Assembly: GCA_035654175.1 (NCBI GenBank)
Contig: DASRXL010000059.1
Location: 1 to 59,692 of the forward strand
Direction: 5' to 3'
DNA: 59,692 bases
Origin: Phycisphaerales bacterium
GTDB lineage: Bacteria; Planctomycetota; Phycisphaerae; Phycisphaerales; UBA1924
Below the pieces are notes generated by a model. It was not told where the DNA came from. It saw only the letters and a program-made list of their open reading frames with translations, and made no database searches. This document shows, one piece after another, positions 10,280 to 19,628 of the stretch; position 1 is the stretch's first letter; the number at the start of each line of letters is the position of its first letter. The translations under genes were made by a program, and so were the position numbers.

Positions 10280-11128
10280 ATGTCGAGCATCGAGCGCCCA
10301 ACCCATCGATCCGACACCCTGCTCCATCGCATCGAGGAGCTGGAAGCTCAACTGTCCCGCGCCAGGGCCGAGTTCGAGGCCTCCAGCCGTCTCAGCACGC
10401 TCGGTCTGCTCACAGGCGCCATCGCGCACGAATTCAGCAATATCCTCACGCCGGTGCTCAGCTACGCCCGCGCCGCCCTGGAGCGGCCCGACGACCGCGA
10501 GCTCGCCTCAAAGGCCCTTGATCGTGCGGCGAAGGGCGTCGAGCAGGCCGCCCGCGTGGCGAATTCCGTGCTCCGGCTCGCCGGGAGCGGCCTCGATGCC
10601 GCGGACGAGCCCCTGAGCTGCGATCCCGCCGAGGCGCTCGCGGGAGCCCTGGAGTGCATGGGTCGGCGGCCCCAGGAGGAAGGGGTGGAATTGCGCGTGG
10701 TGCTCCATCCTGGTCTTCGGCTTCGGATCCGGCGAACCGACCTTGAGCACGTGCTGCTCAACCTGCTCCTCAACGCCGTCCGCGCCTTGAAGCCTGGTGG
10801 GGGGGTGCTCGAACTCACGTGCCGGCCGCTCGTCGGCTCGGCTGGTTCCACGTGGAACACGGTCGAAGAGCCCGGTGCGGAACTCACCGTGCGCGATACG
10901 GGCCCCGGGATCAGCCGCGAGCTTCTGGACCAGCTCTTCGAGCCGCTCCTGACACGCACGACGCGCGTGCCCAACCGCAACCGGGGGCATGGCCTAGGCC
11001 TGGTCATCTGCCGGCGCTTGATCGAGGCCGCCGGCGGTACCATCTCCGTCGAGTCCGAGGTCGGGCGCGGAGCCGTGTTCCGCATCCGGCTCGGCGCGGA
11101 CGCCGAGGCTTCCCAGCGCGCCGCGTGA
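10280..11128 (+). CDS. Cytoplasmic histidine kinase (HisKA + HATPase_c, no obvious sensor or TM domain)
   Basis: Coiled-coil N-terminus, H-box LLTGAIAHEFSNILTPV, N-box LLNLLLNAVRA, and G-boxes DTGPGI and GHGLGL. Confidence 0.85.
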   Translation: MSSIERPTHRSDTLLHRIEELEAQLSRARAEFEASSRLSTLGLLTGAIAHEFSNILTPVLSYARAALERPDDRELASKALDRAAKGVEQAARVANSVLRLAGSGLDAADEPLSCDPAEALAGALECMGRRPQEEGVELRVVLHPGLRLRIRRTDLEHVLLNLLLNAVRALKPGGGVLELTCRPLVGSAGSTWNTVEEPGAELTVRDTGPGISRELLDQLFEPLLTRTTRVPNRNRGHGLGLVICRRLIEAAGGTISVESEVGRGAVFRIRLGADAEASQRAA

Positions 11129-11294
11129 CGGTGGACGCCGAGTCGCCGCAACTTCGCGTGGAGCATGCCGACTCACGCCTGCCGCAGCGGCAACGCCCGG
11201 CCTGAGGCTAAGTGCCCGCTCGCGCCGCTTCCATCAGTGCGAATGCTTGGGTGGCCCAGACCGATCCCCACAATGTTTGTATTATATTAGGTCT

Positions 11295-12386
11295 TCAGCC
11301 GCCCGACAGCAGGATCACGTCCTCGGCCTCCGCGAACACCGCGAGCTGCTCGCCCGGCGAAGCGGCGGGTCGATCGCCCGGGTTCAGGACGCTGGCGCGA
11401 ATCCGTGCACCGTCCGCCGTGGCGAGGACGTACTGGCAGATCTCACCGAGGTACACGCTCTCCTCGACGGTCGCCCGCAGCCCGGGCCCGGCTGTCGTCT
11501 CGACAAGCCTCCAGCTCTCCGGCCGGACGCAAACCGTGACTGTTGTTCCGGCGGTGGGGGGGTTCGCCCCGGCCGCCGCGCAGAGCCGCCCGGCGCCTGT
11601 CTCCAGCACCAGTCGCCCGTCCTCCTGCCCGAGCACCCGCGCCCCGAGAAAGTCCGCCTCGCCGAGGAACTCCGCGACGAACCTGGAATGCGGCCGGCGG
11701 TAGAGCTCGCGCGGGCCGCCGACCTGCACAACGCGCCCCGCGTCCATGATGGCGACGCGGTCGGCCATGGAAAGGGCCTCCTTCTGGTCGTGCGTGACGT
11801 ACACGGTCGTCAGCCCCGCCTGCTTGCACACGCGCCGGATCTCCGACCGCAGGTCGAGACGCAGCTTGGCGTCGAGGTTGCTCAGCGGCTCGTCGAGCAG
11901 CAGCACGTCCGGACGGACAACCAGGGCCCTCGCGAGCGCGACCCGCTGCTGCTGGCCCCCCGAGAGCTGGGTCGGGCGGCGCGTGGCGAGACCCTCCATG
12001 CGGACCTGGGAGAGCGCGTCCGAGACGCGCCGCGCCTTCTCCCCGCCGCGAACCCTGCGCACGCCCAGGCCGAACGCGACGTTCTGCGCCACGGTCATGT
12101 GCGGCCAGAGCGCATAGCTCTGGAACACCATGCCGGTGTTCCGCTTGTTGGGCGGCGTCCGCGTCACGTCGCGCCCGCTGAAGCGGATCGTGCCGGCGGT
12201 CGGTTCGATGAACCCCGCGATCATGCGCAGGAGCGTGGTCTTGCCGCAGCCGGAGGGACCCAGGAGGAAGAACAGCTCTCCGGGCCGGATCTCGAGCGAG
12301 ACATTGTCCACCGCACGGGTGACGCCCGACCGGCCGATGGCCGGGTATTCCTTGGAGATACCCTCGATCGCAATCGCGGAGGACAC
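11295..12386 (-). CDS. ABC transporter ATP-binding protein (PotA/FbpC-like with C-terminal TOBE-like domain)
   Basis: Walker A GPSGCGKTT, signature LSGGQQQRVALARAL, Walker B LLLDEP. Start uncertain: GTG at 12386 (VSSAIAIEGISKEY), or the ORF-track start at 12497. Confidence 0.85.
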   Translation of the reverse strand: MSSAIAIEGISKEYPAIGRSGVTRAVDNVSLEIRPGELFFLLGPSGCGKTTLLRMIAGFIEPTAGTIRFSGRDVTRTPPNKRNTGMVFQSYALWPHMTVAQNVAFGLGVRRVRGGEKARRVSDALSQVRMEGLATRRPTQLSGGQQQRVALARALVVRPDVLLLDEPLSNLDAKLRLDLRSEIRRVCKQAGLTTVYVTHDQKEALSMADRVAIMDAGRVVQVGGPRELYRRPHSRFVAEFLGEADFLGARVLGQEDGRLVLETGAGRLCAAAGANPPTAGTTVTVCVRPESWRLVETTAGPGLRATVEESVYLGEICQYVLATADGARIRASVLNPGDRPAASPGEQLAVFAEAEDVILLSGG

Positions 12387-12520
12387 GGGGCGAAGGGTAG
12401 CACACGTCCACGGCGGGCCTCGGGGCGCGCAGAGTCCGCGGCATGCACACACTGTGCACGTCTCCCCGCCAGGGGCCGCGCGCCGGCCCTTCGGCAAGGC
12501 GGCGCGGTAGGATGTGCCTC

Positions 12521-12868
12521 ATGGGCGGCAGGGACCTGCAGCGTGCGGCGGCGTCGATCGAGAAGATCCGGTCGCTGCGCGTGCGCCCGGAGCGAGACCT
12601 CACCGTGGGTCCGGTGGTGGGGGAGCTGCACGACAAGCTCGCGCGTGAGCTGAAGCAGACCGGCGGCATGGGCGAGGCCTGGCGGACCGTCGTGCCCAGC
12701 GAGCTCGGCGCCCGGACGCGCCTGAGGAGCTTCCAGCGCGGCGTGCTCACCATCGAAGCTCCCGATGCCGCGACGAGATACCTGCTCGAGCAATGGCTCC
12801 GCGGCGGCGGGCGCGCGATGCTCGCCGGCTGCGCGCCCGCCACGGTGCGGCGCGTGGTCATCCGGTAA
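12521..12868 (+). CDS. DUF721/DciA-like protein
   Basis: Its size and the pattern WRTVVP..L..RTRL.SFQRGVLTIEAPDAATRYLL are typical of DUF721 proteins. Start re-called at MGGRDLQ. Confidence 0.65.
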   Translation: MGGRDLQRAAASIEKIRSLRVRPERDLTVGPVVGELHDKLARELKQTGGMGEAWRTVVPSELGARTRLRSFQRGVLTIEAPDAATRYLLEQWLRGGGRAMLAGCAPATVRRVVIR

Positions 12869-12914
12869 GCTCGATCGGCGTCGGCACGCTCGCCGCGCGG
12901 ACCCGCCCGATGCA

Positions 12915-14651
12915 TCACTCTCGGCCGAATGTGTAGTGCCGCGCGGGCAGGTCGCGCCGTGCCGCGAGGGCGGAGGTGATCGGCACATCCACGCGCAGCT
13001 CCTCTCCGCCGGGGCCGGTGTACCCCACGCTGGTGATGAGCCGCACGCGGTTGTGCTCGTCGAGCTCGAACGGCACGAGCACGTCCCAGGCAAACCGGAG
13101 CTGCCCGACCGCCGCCCCGTCGGCCGCCGGCGCCCTCCAGCCGGCATGGCTCCACCTGGTCTCCGTCGCGACGATATCCGAGCGCCCGAATGCCTGGCGC
13201 AGCGCCCACCGCGAGCTCCACCAGCTGTTGAACACCGAGGAGAAGAAGGTGTCGAACCGCCGACCCCACGACGGGCCATCGGGCACGCCCACCCACACGG
13301 GCACGAAGACGCTGCCGCTCGGCGCGTCTCCCGCGGCCGCGCGGAGCTGCGCCAGAGCGTCCATGTCCAGCCGGTGCCGTCGCTGCATCCCGGCCTGGAA
13401 TCCGACCATCGCGATCGCGAGAACCAGGAGCCCGAAGACGCCGAGCGCCGCGACCGCGCCCCGCGCCGCACGGCGCTCCTCCGCCGGCCTCTTCCCGAGC
13501 TCCGACAGCGCGCTCAGCCCCGCGCCGAGCAGCACTCCCAGGCCCGCCGCCGATGCATAGAGCATGCGCGGGTGCAGCCAGTAATCGAACGCGACGATCG
13601 GCACGAGCGGCGCCGCCATCATGGCCCCGCCGAGCAACGCGAGCCGGAGAGGCGTCGCGGGGCCGCCGGTCTGCGCGGCCCGCCGCTCGTGGCCCCGGCG
13701 CGCCATGTGCGCAACCCACGCGACAGCGCTCGTGATGCCGGCCAGGCCGACGACGACCGTTCGCGCCGGGTGTGCGGCGAACGCCATCACCCCCAGGTGC
13801 AGCGAGCGCGCGAGCCATTCGTTGGAGCCGATGTACCCATAGATCCAACGCCACAGCTTGGCGCCGGCATCGGGCCAGCGCTCCAGGGGCAGCAAGCCCG
13901 ATGCGCCGCCGATGTCCGTCGAGCCGCCCATCCAGCGGTGCATGGCGGAATACAGCACGAGCGAGGCGCCGCCCGCCAGCGCCGGCAGCAGCGATCTCGG
14001 GATGTCGCGCGCCCGCGCTCGCGGGCCGGCGAGCAGCACGAGCGGCAGCGCGCCCGCCAGCACCGCCGGCTGCTCGTTGAGGCACGCCGCGCCGAAGGTG
14101 ATCCCCGCCGCGAGCGCCGTCAGGCCCCAGATGCGACGGCCGGGCCACGGCGCCAGGCCCAGGTGCAGCGCGCCCAGCATGGCGCCGGTGGAGAGGAGCG
14201 TCGGCAGGGCGCACAGCCAGAAGACCGCCTGGGCGTGCCACTGCCAGACGAGGAATGTCAGTGCGCCCAGGGTCGCGGGGAGCCGGCGCACGCCGAGGCG
14301 CGCCATCAGGCTCCACACCAGCCACGCGTTCAGCCCGTGGGCCGCCGCGCCGATCAGGTGGTTGATCCGATCGTGCTCCGCGAGCACCGTCGCGAGCGCG
14401 GGAACGATCACGCGGTAGAGCGGCCGCCAGAAGTGCACGCGCCCGTCGAGGATCAGCGAGCGGATCTCCCCGGTCTCGGGCGTGCGCTGCACGTAGAACC
14501 AGTCGTCGAGCCACTTGCCGGTGTCGCCGAGCAGGAAGTACGTGGCGACGAACCACAGCACGAGCGGGAAGGCCCAGGGCGCGGCCCCGACCAGGGCGCC
14601 GACGGATCGGCGCACGCGCGGCCCACCCGTTGTCCCCCCGCGCGAGCTCAC
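12915..14651 (-). CDS. Polytopic membrane protein, possibly a GT-C (ArnT/PMT-like) glycosyltransferase
   Basis: About 10 hydrophobic segments followed by a soluble C-terminal region of about 150 aa. Start re-called at a GTG that overlaps the lepB stop (GTGA). The family assignment is weak. Confidence 0.6.
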   Translation of the reverse strand: MSSRGGTTGGPRVRRSVGALVGAAPWAFPLVLWFVATYFLLGDTGKWLDDWFYVQRTPETGEIRSLILDGRVHFWRPLYRVIVPALATVLAEHDRINHLIGAAAHGLNAWLVWSLMARLGVRRLPATLGALTFLVWQWHAQAVFWLCALPTLLSTGAMLGALHLGLAPWPGRRIWGLTALAAGITFGAACLNEQPAVLAGALPLVLLAGPRARARDIPRSLLPALAGGASLVLYSAMHRWMGGSTDIGGASGLLPLERWPDAGAKLWRWIYGYIGSNEWLARSLHLGVMAFAAHPARTVVVGLAGITSAVAWVAHMARRGHERRAAQTGGPATPLRLALLGGAMMAAPLVPIVAFDYWLHPRMLYASAAGLGVLLGAGLSALSELGKRPAEERRAARGAVAALGVFGLLVLAIAMVGFQAGMQRRHRLDMDALAQLRAAAGDAPSGSVFVPVWVGVPDGPSWGRRFDTFFSSVFNSWWSSRWALRQAFGRSDIVATETRWSHAGWRAPAADGAAVGQLRFAWDVLVPFELDEHNRVRLITSVGYTGPGGEELRVDVPITSALAARRDLPARHYTFGRE

Positions 14652-16357
14652 CAGATGAACCGCATCCTTCCCACGTCCGGCACCGGCACGCGGTGCTCCT
14701 TGTGCACGCTGGGGAAGTAGACAAAGAACGCCTTGCCGATCAGCAGGTCCCGCGGCACCACGCCCATCGTGCCGTCGATCTCGCTGTACACCCACGGGTC
14801 GGGGGTGTCCCACAGGCGCCCGTCGAGGCTGTTGGGGCTGTTGTCGCCGCAGACGAAGAACTGGTCGCGTCCGAGCACCAGCGGCTGCGAGGGGTGCGTG
14901 GCGAGCGCGGGCTCGCCGGCGCGCGTGAAGCCCGGGTTGTACACGCCCGGCTGGTAGTAAAGGTCGCGATCGAGGCGCACGCGGTGCATCGTGAAGGGCG
15001 AGCCCTCGAACTCCCAGCGGACCTTCGGCGCGCGGTAGATCTCGCGGTTGGAGAGAGGGTTGCCCTGCTCTGGCGGGGCGAGCAGGCCCTCGGCGCTGCG
15101 TCCCGTCGCGTGCTCGACCCGCAGCGCCGGCGACCAGGCGTAGCTCGCCTCGGCCGCCAGGTCGCCGTCGATCCAGACCTGGACGGATTGGTCCACGTGC
15201 CAGAACTCGACGTTCGTGACCTCACCGGCGCGGAACGCGCCCGTGCGTGCGGTCTCCCCGAGGGTGCGCCACTCGCCGGAGCCCGCCTCGCCGATCGGGC
15301 GCATGCGCAGCTGGATGCGGGCGCCGTCGATGTCGGCGCGGAACTCGTGGCCCCGCGCCTCGAGCACCACCGCGGCGGCCATGCCCGCCTGCTCGGGCTC
15401 GATGCCCGCGGCGACGCGGATGTCCGACACCGGGAACACGCGCCGCGCCTGGCGCGGGCCGAGCGGGCCGCGGGTCGGCGCGCCCGGCGACTCGTTGTAC
15501 GCGTACCGATCGTCGATGGGCCATGCGATCTCGTCCCACGCGAGCACGGTCCGGCCCGAGCCCTCGTACACATAGGAGCGGCGGTCCTGGATCTGCCACG
15601 CGCCATCGGGCTCCCCGGCGGCCGTGCGCCCGAGCCATGGGTCGCGGAACCAGCGGCGCAGGTTCCGTTCCGGATCGAGGGGCGCGGAGCGCGAGTCATA
15701 GATCGGCTGCCACAGCTCGCGCTGCGTGCGCTCGCTCTTGCGCGCGATCTCCCACGCCCCGTCCGACCAGTCAGATTGCGTGAGCGCGCCCGGACTCGCC
15801 AGCGAGGGCCGGTGGAAGATGTCGCCGTCCACCAGCGCGATCTCCTCGCTCGGAAGGCCGAGCAGCCGCTTGATGTAGTTCTCTTGCTCGCCGACGTCCT
15901 CCATCCGCCCCGGCGGGCCCGGATACTTGAACACGACCACGTCGAACCGCGCCGGGTCGAAGATCGAGTAGAGATACTTGAGCACGAAGATCCGATCACC
16001 GGACATCAGTTTGCGGTTGCGCCCGAGGCTGTCCGGCAGCTCCCTGCCGACCTGCGCTCCTGTCATCGGATCGGTCACCGTGAGCGTCTGGTTGCGCCCC
16101 TGGATCGGGGCGGGGGCGCCGGCCGCGTTCTTCTCCCACGGGTCCACCGTCCATATCTCGCCCGACTCGGGGCTCTGGAACCGCACGTGCTGCCCGAGCA
16201 GCGTCGGCGCCATCGAGCCCGTGGGGATCACGAACGCCTCCACGACGAAGCCGCGGAACACGAACGCGAAGATGAACGCGATGATGAGGGAGATGATGGT
16301 CTCCTTCATCGAGTGGGGCGGCTTGTCGGGAGCGTCGGCAGTGGGGGCGTCGGGCAT
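14648..16357 (-). CDS. lepB: Signal peptidase I (S26), unusually long
   Basis: Box B GSMAPTL, box D/E VCGDNSPNSLDGRLW and GKAFFVYFP. A large insertion separates the catalytic boxes. Confidence 0.9.
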   Translation of the reverse strand: MPDAPTADAPDKPPHSMKETIISLIIAFIFAFVFRGFVVEAFVIPTGSMAPTLLGQHVRFQSPESGEIWTVDPWEKNAAGAPAPIQGRNQTLTVTDPMTGAQVGRELPDSLGRNRKLMSGDRIFVLKYLYSIFDPARFDVVVFKYPGPPGRMEDVGEQENYIKRLLGLPSEEIALVDGDIFHRPSLASPGALTQSDWSDGAWEIARKSERTQRELWQPIYDSRSAPLDPERNLRRWFRDPWLGRTAAGEPDGAWQIQDRRSYVYEGSGRTVLAWDEIAWPIDDRYAYNESPGAPTRGPLGPRQARRVFPVSDIRVAAGIEPEQAGMAAAVVLEARGHEFRADIDGARIQLRMRPIGEAGSGEWRTLGETARTGAFRAGEVTNVEFWHVDQSVQVWIDGDLAAEASYAWSPALRVEHATGRSAEGLLAPPEQGNPLSNREIYRAPKVRWEFEGSPFTMHRVRLDRDLYYQPGVYNPGFTRAGEPALATHPSQPLVLGRDQFFVCGDNSPNSLDGRLWDTPDPWVYSEIDGTMGVVPRDLLIGKAFFVYFPSVHKEHRVPVPDVGRMRFIW

Positions 16358-16402
16358 AGAGAAACCTTACCTTCTCCCATGCTGGGCTGTTCGCCGCCGG
16401 GC

Positions 16403-17767
16403 TCACCCGCCGGCCGGCGCCGGCCCGGCTGGTCCGCTCTCCGGCCCGCCGCCGTCGCCCGGGCGGCGGCGCCGCCGCCGCCGCTTCCGCCGGCGCTCCG
16501 TCGCCTCTTGACCGCCGTCGGGCGCAGCGGGCGGCTCTCCGACCGGCCGCGGCGGACGGGGCGCCGATTCGTCCTCGGTCCGCGCCGGGCGCGGGGCCGG
16601 ATCCCCCGCCGACTCGCCCTCCCGGCGCTTCTTCCTCCGGCGACGCTTCTTCTTCCGCGGCTCCGCCTCGGAGGGCGGGCCCTCGGCCGCCTCCTCGTCG
16701 CCGTGATCCTCGACCGGGGCCGCGGGCGCGGGCTCCCGCCTCGGGCGCACCGGGCGCACCGGGCGACGCTCGGCCGGCGCCTCGCGCCGGCGATCCTCGC
16801 GCGGCGGTGGGGGGGTCATCGATCCGGGCGGGCCGAGCTCCTCGACCGGGACGGCCACGTCCGTCCCGGAGTCGAGCCGCACCAGCACGAGCTGCGTAAG
16901 GATCTGCGCGCTGAGCACGATCCCGTCCCCGTGCGGCGTGCCGACGCGGGTCTTCTTGTGCGGCAGGCGCTTGCGCAGCTCCTCGTAGGTCTCGTCCTCG
17001 TAGCGGAGGCAGCACATCAGGCGTCCGCAGCGACCGCTGATCTTGAGGGGCTCGAGCGTCGCCTTCTGGGTCTTGGCCGAGCGCATCGAGATCGGCTTGA
17101 GCACCTTCAGGAAGTTCTTGCAGCAGCAGTACTGGCCGCAGCGCTCGTAGTCGGCGACCAGCCGGGCCTCGTCGCGAGCGCCGACCTGGCGGAGGTCCAC
17201 CCGCCCCTCGTACTGGGCATTGAGGGCCCGGTGCAGCTCGCGCACGTCCACGCGCTCCTCGGACAGGTAGTAGAAGGTGATCCGCTCGCCGCCGAGGAGG
17301 GGCTCGGCGTCCACGATCTTAACCGTCGCCCGGACCGCCGCCGCGATGTCGCGGGCGCGCCGGACCAGCTCGTGCTTGGATTGCTCCAGCGCCGACTGCC
17401 GCTGGAGGTCCTCGACCGTCGCGATCCGCAGCACCCGCCCGTTGGTGTTGAATGGGTAGTCCTTGCCGCCCGAAGCCTCGATGTAGCCGAGCATGTCCTT
17501 GCGGCTGACGCTCTTGGCGCACCCCGAGTTGGGGCACGTCGTCGTTAGCACCTCCGCGACCTCGGTCCCGCGGTGCGTGCGCGCGATCACCTTGGACCCG
17601 CACCCCGGCTTGATCGACCCGTCGTAGGCGAACTCGCCGACGAGCTTGAGGGCCCCGAAGCGCACCACCAGCGTCTTCGGTGGCGCGAGCTTCGCGGCCT
17701 CGGCCGCGAGCTCGTCCTGGTACGACTTCAGGTCTTCCTCGAACTGGGGGAGGGGCAGTATGGGCAT
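16403..17767 (-). CDS. PSP1/RicT (YaaT)-family protein with long basic Pro/Arg-rich C-terminal tail
   Basis: CGQYCCCKNFLKVLKPISMRSAKTQKATLEPLKISGRCGRLMCCLRYE is the PSP1 C-terminal signature. Start re-called at MPILPLPQFEEDL. Confidence 0.85.
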   Translation of the reverse strand: MPILPLPQFEEDLKSYQDELAAEAAKLAPPKTLVVRFGALKLVGEFAYDGSIKPGCGSKVIARTHRGTEVAEVLTTTCPNSGCAKSVSRKDMLGYIEASGGKDYPFNTNGRVLRIATVEDLQRQSALEQSKHELVRRARDIAAAVRATVKIVDAEPLLGGERITFYYLSEERVDVRELHRALNAQYEGRVDLRQVGARDEARLVADYERCGQYCCCKNFLKVLKPISMRSAKTQKATLEPLKISGRCGRLMCCLRYEDETYEELRKRLPHKKTRVGTPHGDGIVLSAQILTQLVLVRLDSGTDVAVPVEELGPPGSMTPPPPREDRRREAPAERRPVRPVRPRREPAPAAPVEDHGDEEAAEGPPSEAEPRKKKRRRRKKRREGESAGDPAPRPARTEDESAPRPPRPVGEPPAAPDGGQEATERRRKRRRRRRRPGDGGGPESGPAGPAPAGG

Positions 17768-17949
17768 CGATCGCTCCGCAAGCACCAAAGGCACATCGCC
17801 CGCGCTGCGCGGGCTCAAGAGAGAACGCGGTTGTCGCCGGGCTGAAGGGGGGGTGCCGGCGCGCCGCCCGGCCGGGCGCGACGGGTCTTGGTGCATGCGG
17901 CCGGCGGTGGGGGCCCGGGGCGCCCGTCCACATCAGGCCGCGGAAGCGA

Positions 17950-18282
17950 TCACTCGCGGCCGAGCCGCCTGGCCCGCGCCGCCTCGAACAGCCCGGGCAG
18001 CTCCACCTGCTGGAGCATCTGCACGGAGTTCTGATTCAACACTCTATACACCGAGAGCCGCTCGGCCCGGTTGTCGAGCACGAGCAGGATCTCCTCGTTC
18101 CCGCCGCGGGCGGTCAGGGCGAGCAGGTGCGCCGATTCGGCGACCATCTCCGCCCTGGCGGGCTGCTGGAGCAGCGGCGCCAGGAGCATGCCGAGGATGA
18201 CCGCCATCGCCAGGGCGCACGCGAAGAGGGCGGGCTCGCCGGGCCGGGAGATCCGCGCCCGTTGGTCGGGTGTCGCGCTCAC
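17950..18282 (-). CDS. Small membrane-anchored protein, function unknown
   Basis: The GTG start overlaps the upstream stop (GTGA at 18279-18282). One TM (ALFACALAMAVILGMLLAPLL) followed by a domain of about 60 aa. Paralogous pattern to the 18279..18572 protein. Confidence 0.55.
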   Translation of the reverse strand: MSATPDQRARISRPGEPALFACALAMAVILGMLLAPLLQQPARAEMVAESAHLLALTARGGNEEILLVLDNRAERLSVYRVLNQNSVQMLQQVELPGLFEAARARRLGRE

Positions 18283-18572
18283 CGGCCGGTCTCCTTGTTC
18301 CCGTCCTCGTGCAGGTTGCGGTAATCGATGCCGTCCAGCTCGCCGCGGGACTGGTTCCAGCGGAGCGCGACCATCTCCTCGTTGATGGAGTCGATGACGT
18401 AGATGGCGCTCGCGTCGCCGCCGCCCTGGATCTCGCCCGCGACCATCGTGTACTGCCCCCGCGCCCGCGACGCGGGCTGGAGGCCCGCGGCGGAGCCCGC
18501 GAAGGCCGCCACCACGATCGCGCCGGCGAGCCCGAGGTTCGCCGCGATCAGCCATCGACGACGGGTCGCCAT
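18279..18572 (-). CDS. Small membrane-anchored protein, function unknown
   Basis: MATRRRWLIAANLGLAGAIVVAAFAG anchor, followed by a small domain (AIYVIDSINEEMVALRWN). Confidence 0.6.
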   Translation of the reverse strand: MATRRRWLIAANLGLAGAIVVAAFAGSAAGLQPASRARGQYTMVAGEIQGGGDASAIYVIDSINEEMVALRWNQSRGELDGIDYRNLHEDGNKETGR

Positions 18573-18622
18573 GCCGGATCCTCCTTTGTGGGCCGCGCCG
18601 TGGGGAGCGCTGTGGGCCGGGC

Positions 18623-18850
18623 TCAGTCCTGGTGCCCCCGCTTGCTCGGGATCGCGTTGACCCCGATGCCGATCCCCGCCAGAACCACCAGGAGCAGCAT
18701 GTTCCGGACCGTCGGCGCGGCCCCGGTCTTGGTCGGGGCCGGGGCCTTCGGCCGCTCCTCCTGAGCCGCGCCCACACCGGGGAACGCGGCCAGGCTGGCG
18801 AGGGCCAGGACCAGGGGGACGAGCAGGCGGCGGGGGGCGGGGTGGTTCAT
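18623..18850 (-). CDS. Small secreted/membrane protein
   Basis: Internal start MNHPAPRRLLVPLVLALASLAAFPGVGAAQ (signal-like) and a second hydrophobic helix MLLLVVLAGIGIGV. It forms the 3' part of the 254-aa track ORF. Confidence 0.5.
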   Translation of the reverse strand: MNHPAPRRLLVPLVLALASLAAFPGVGAAQEERPKAPAPTKTGAAPTVRNMLLLVVLAGIGIGVNAIPSKRGHQD

Positions 18851-19330
18851 CGTGGGGGATGCTACGGGATGGGGGGCGGGGGGTAAAGCCGGGAGCGTGG
18901 CCAGGGCCTCCCGACCTGGAGCGTCCGTGCAGCGTCCGCCACCGGTTCCATCGCTGGCCCGTGCGCCGAGGTCCACCGGGCCCCAGCGCGGGCTCCGCAC
19001 CCGCGGCGCGCCGTAGCCATGCACACCCACCGCCCGCGGGGCGTACCAGCGGCCCCTGCGCTCGAGAGCTTCCTCGAAGACCCCGTCGGCCGGCAGCGCA
19101 TCATGCCAGTCCATGAAGGCGAAGACGGCCCTGAACTCTGGCCCGAAGAGCCCCTGCCACGCGAGCATCGAACTGACGTCGTCGGCCGCGACCCAGGATT
19201 CGAGCCGGCGGGTGCCCGCCCCGCCGCGCCCAGCGGGCACCGGCCGGCCCTTGATCTCGACCAGCAGATTCAGGCCGGAGCCGTAGACGACGAAGTCGAA
19301 GAATTTGGGAGTCTGTTCGAGTGGCAGTGA
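18851..19330 (-). pseudogene. 5'-truncated copy of the HYExAFE-type PD-(D/E)XK-like gene
   Basis: Aligns with the 27754..28350 protein from FDFVVYGSGLNLLVEIKG through RSPRWGPVDL. It lacks about the first 50 codons, including the HYExAFE motif, and has no stop codon of its own. Confidence 0.6.
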
Positions 19331-19628
19331 CGGTGGGAGGCTCGTAAACCTGAGGCTCGTCGGTCCGCGACGGCCGGCTGCCCACACACCTCCGGAGGCC
19401 CGTCACGGGAGCCCTTGGTGCGACCGCAAAGTGGACAAATCCGCCACGCATTTGTGCTGAGCGGCGCATCTTTGTGGGCATCACCGCACCCCGATCGACC
19501 TTCTGGCCCGCCTGTTGCATTCAGTGCCAACCCCCTGTACACTTCCCTTCCCAGTGGGCGTCACCCGCCTCGGCAGAGTCCGAGAAAGGGGTTTTGCCCT
19601 TGGACACGGTGGGTGCAGCGGGGGGGGG

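Noticed and set aside
18623-19387. The 254-aa track ORF treated as a single gene.
   Set aside because: It is a composite. A 5'-truncated HYExAFE-type remnant lacking its own stop runs in frame into a small gene that has its own ATG and signal peptide.
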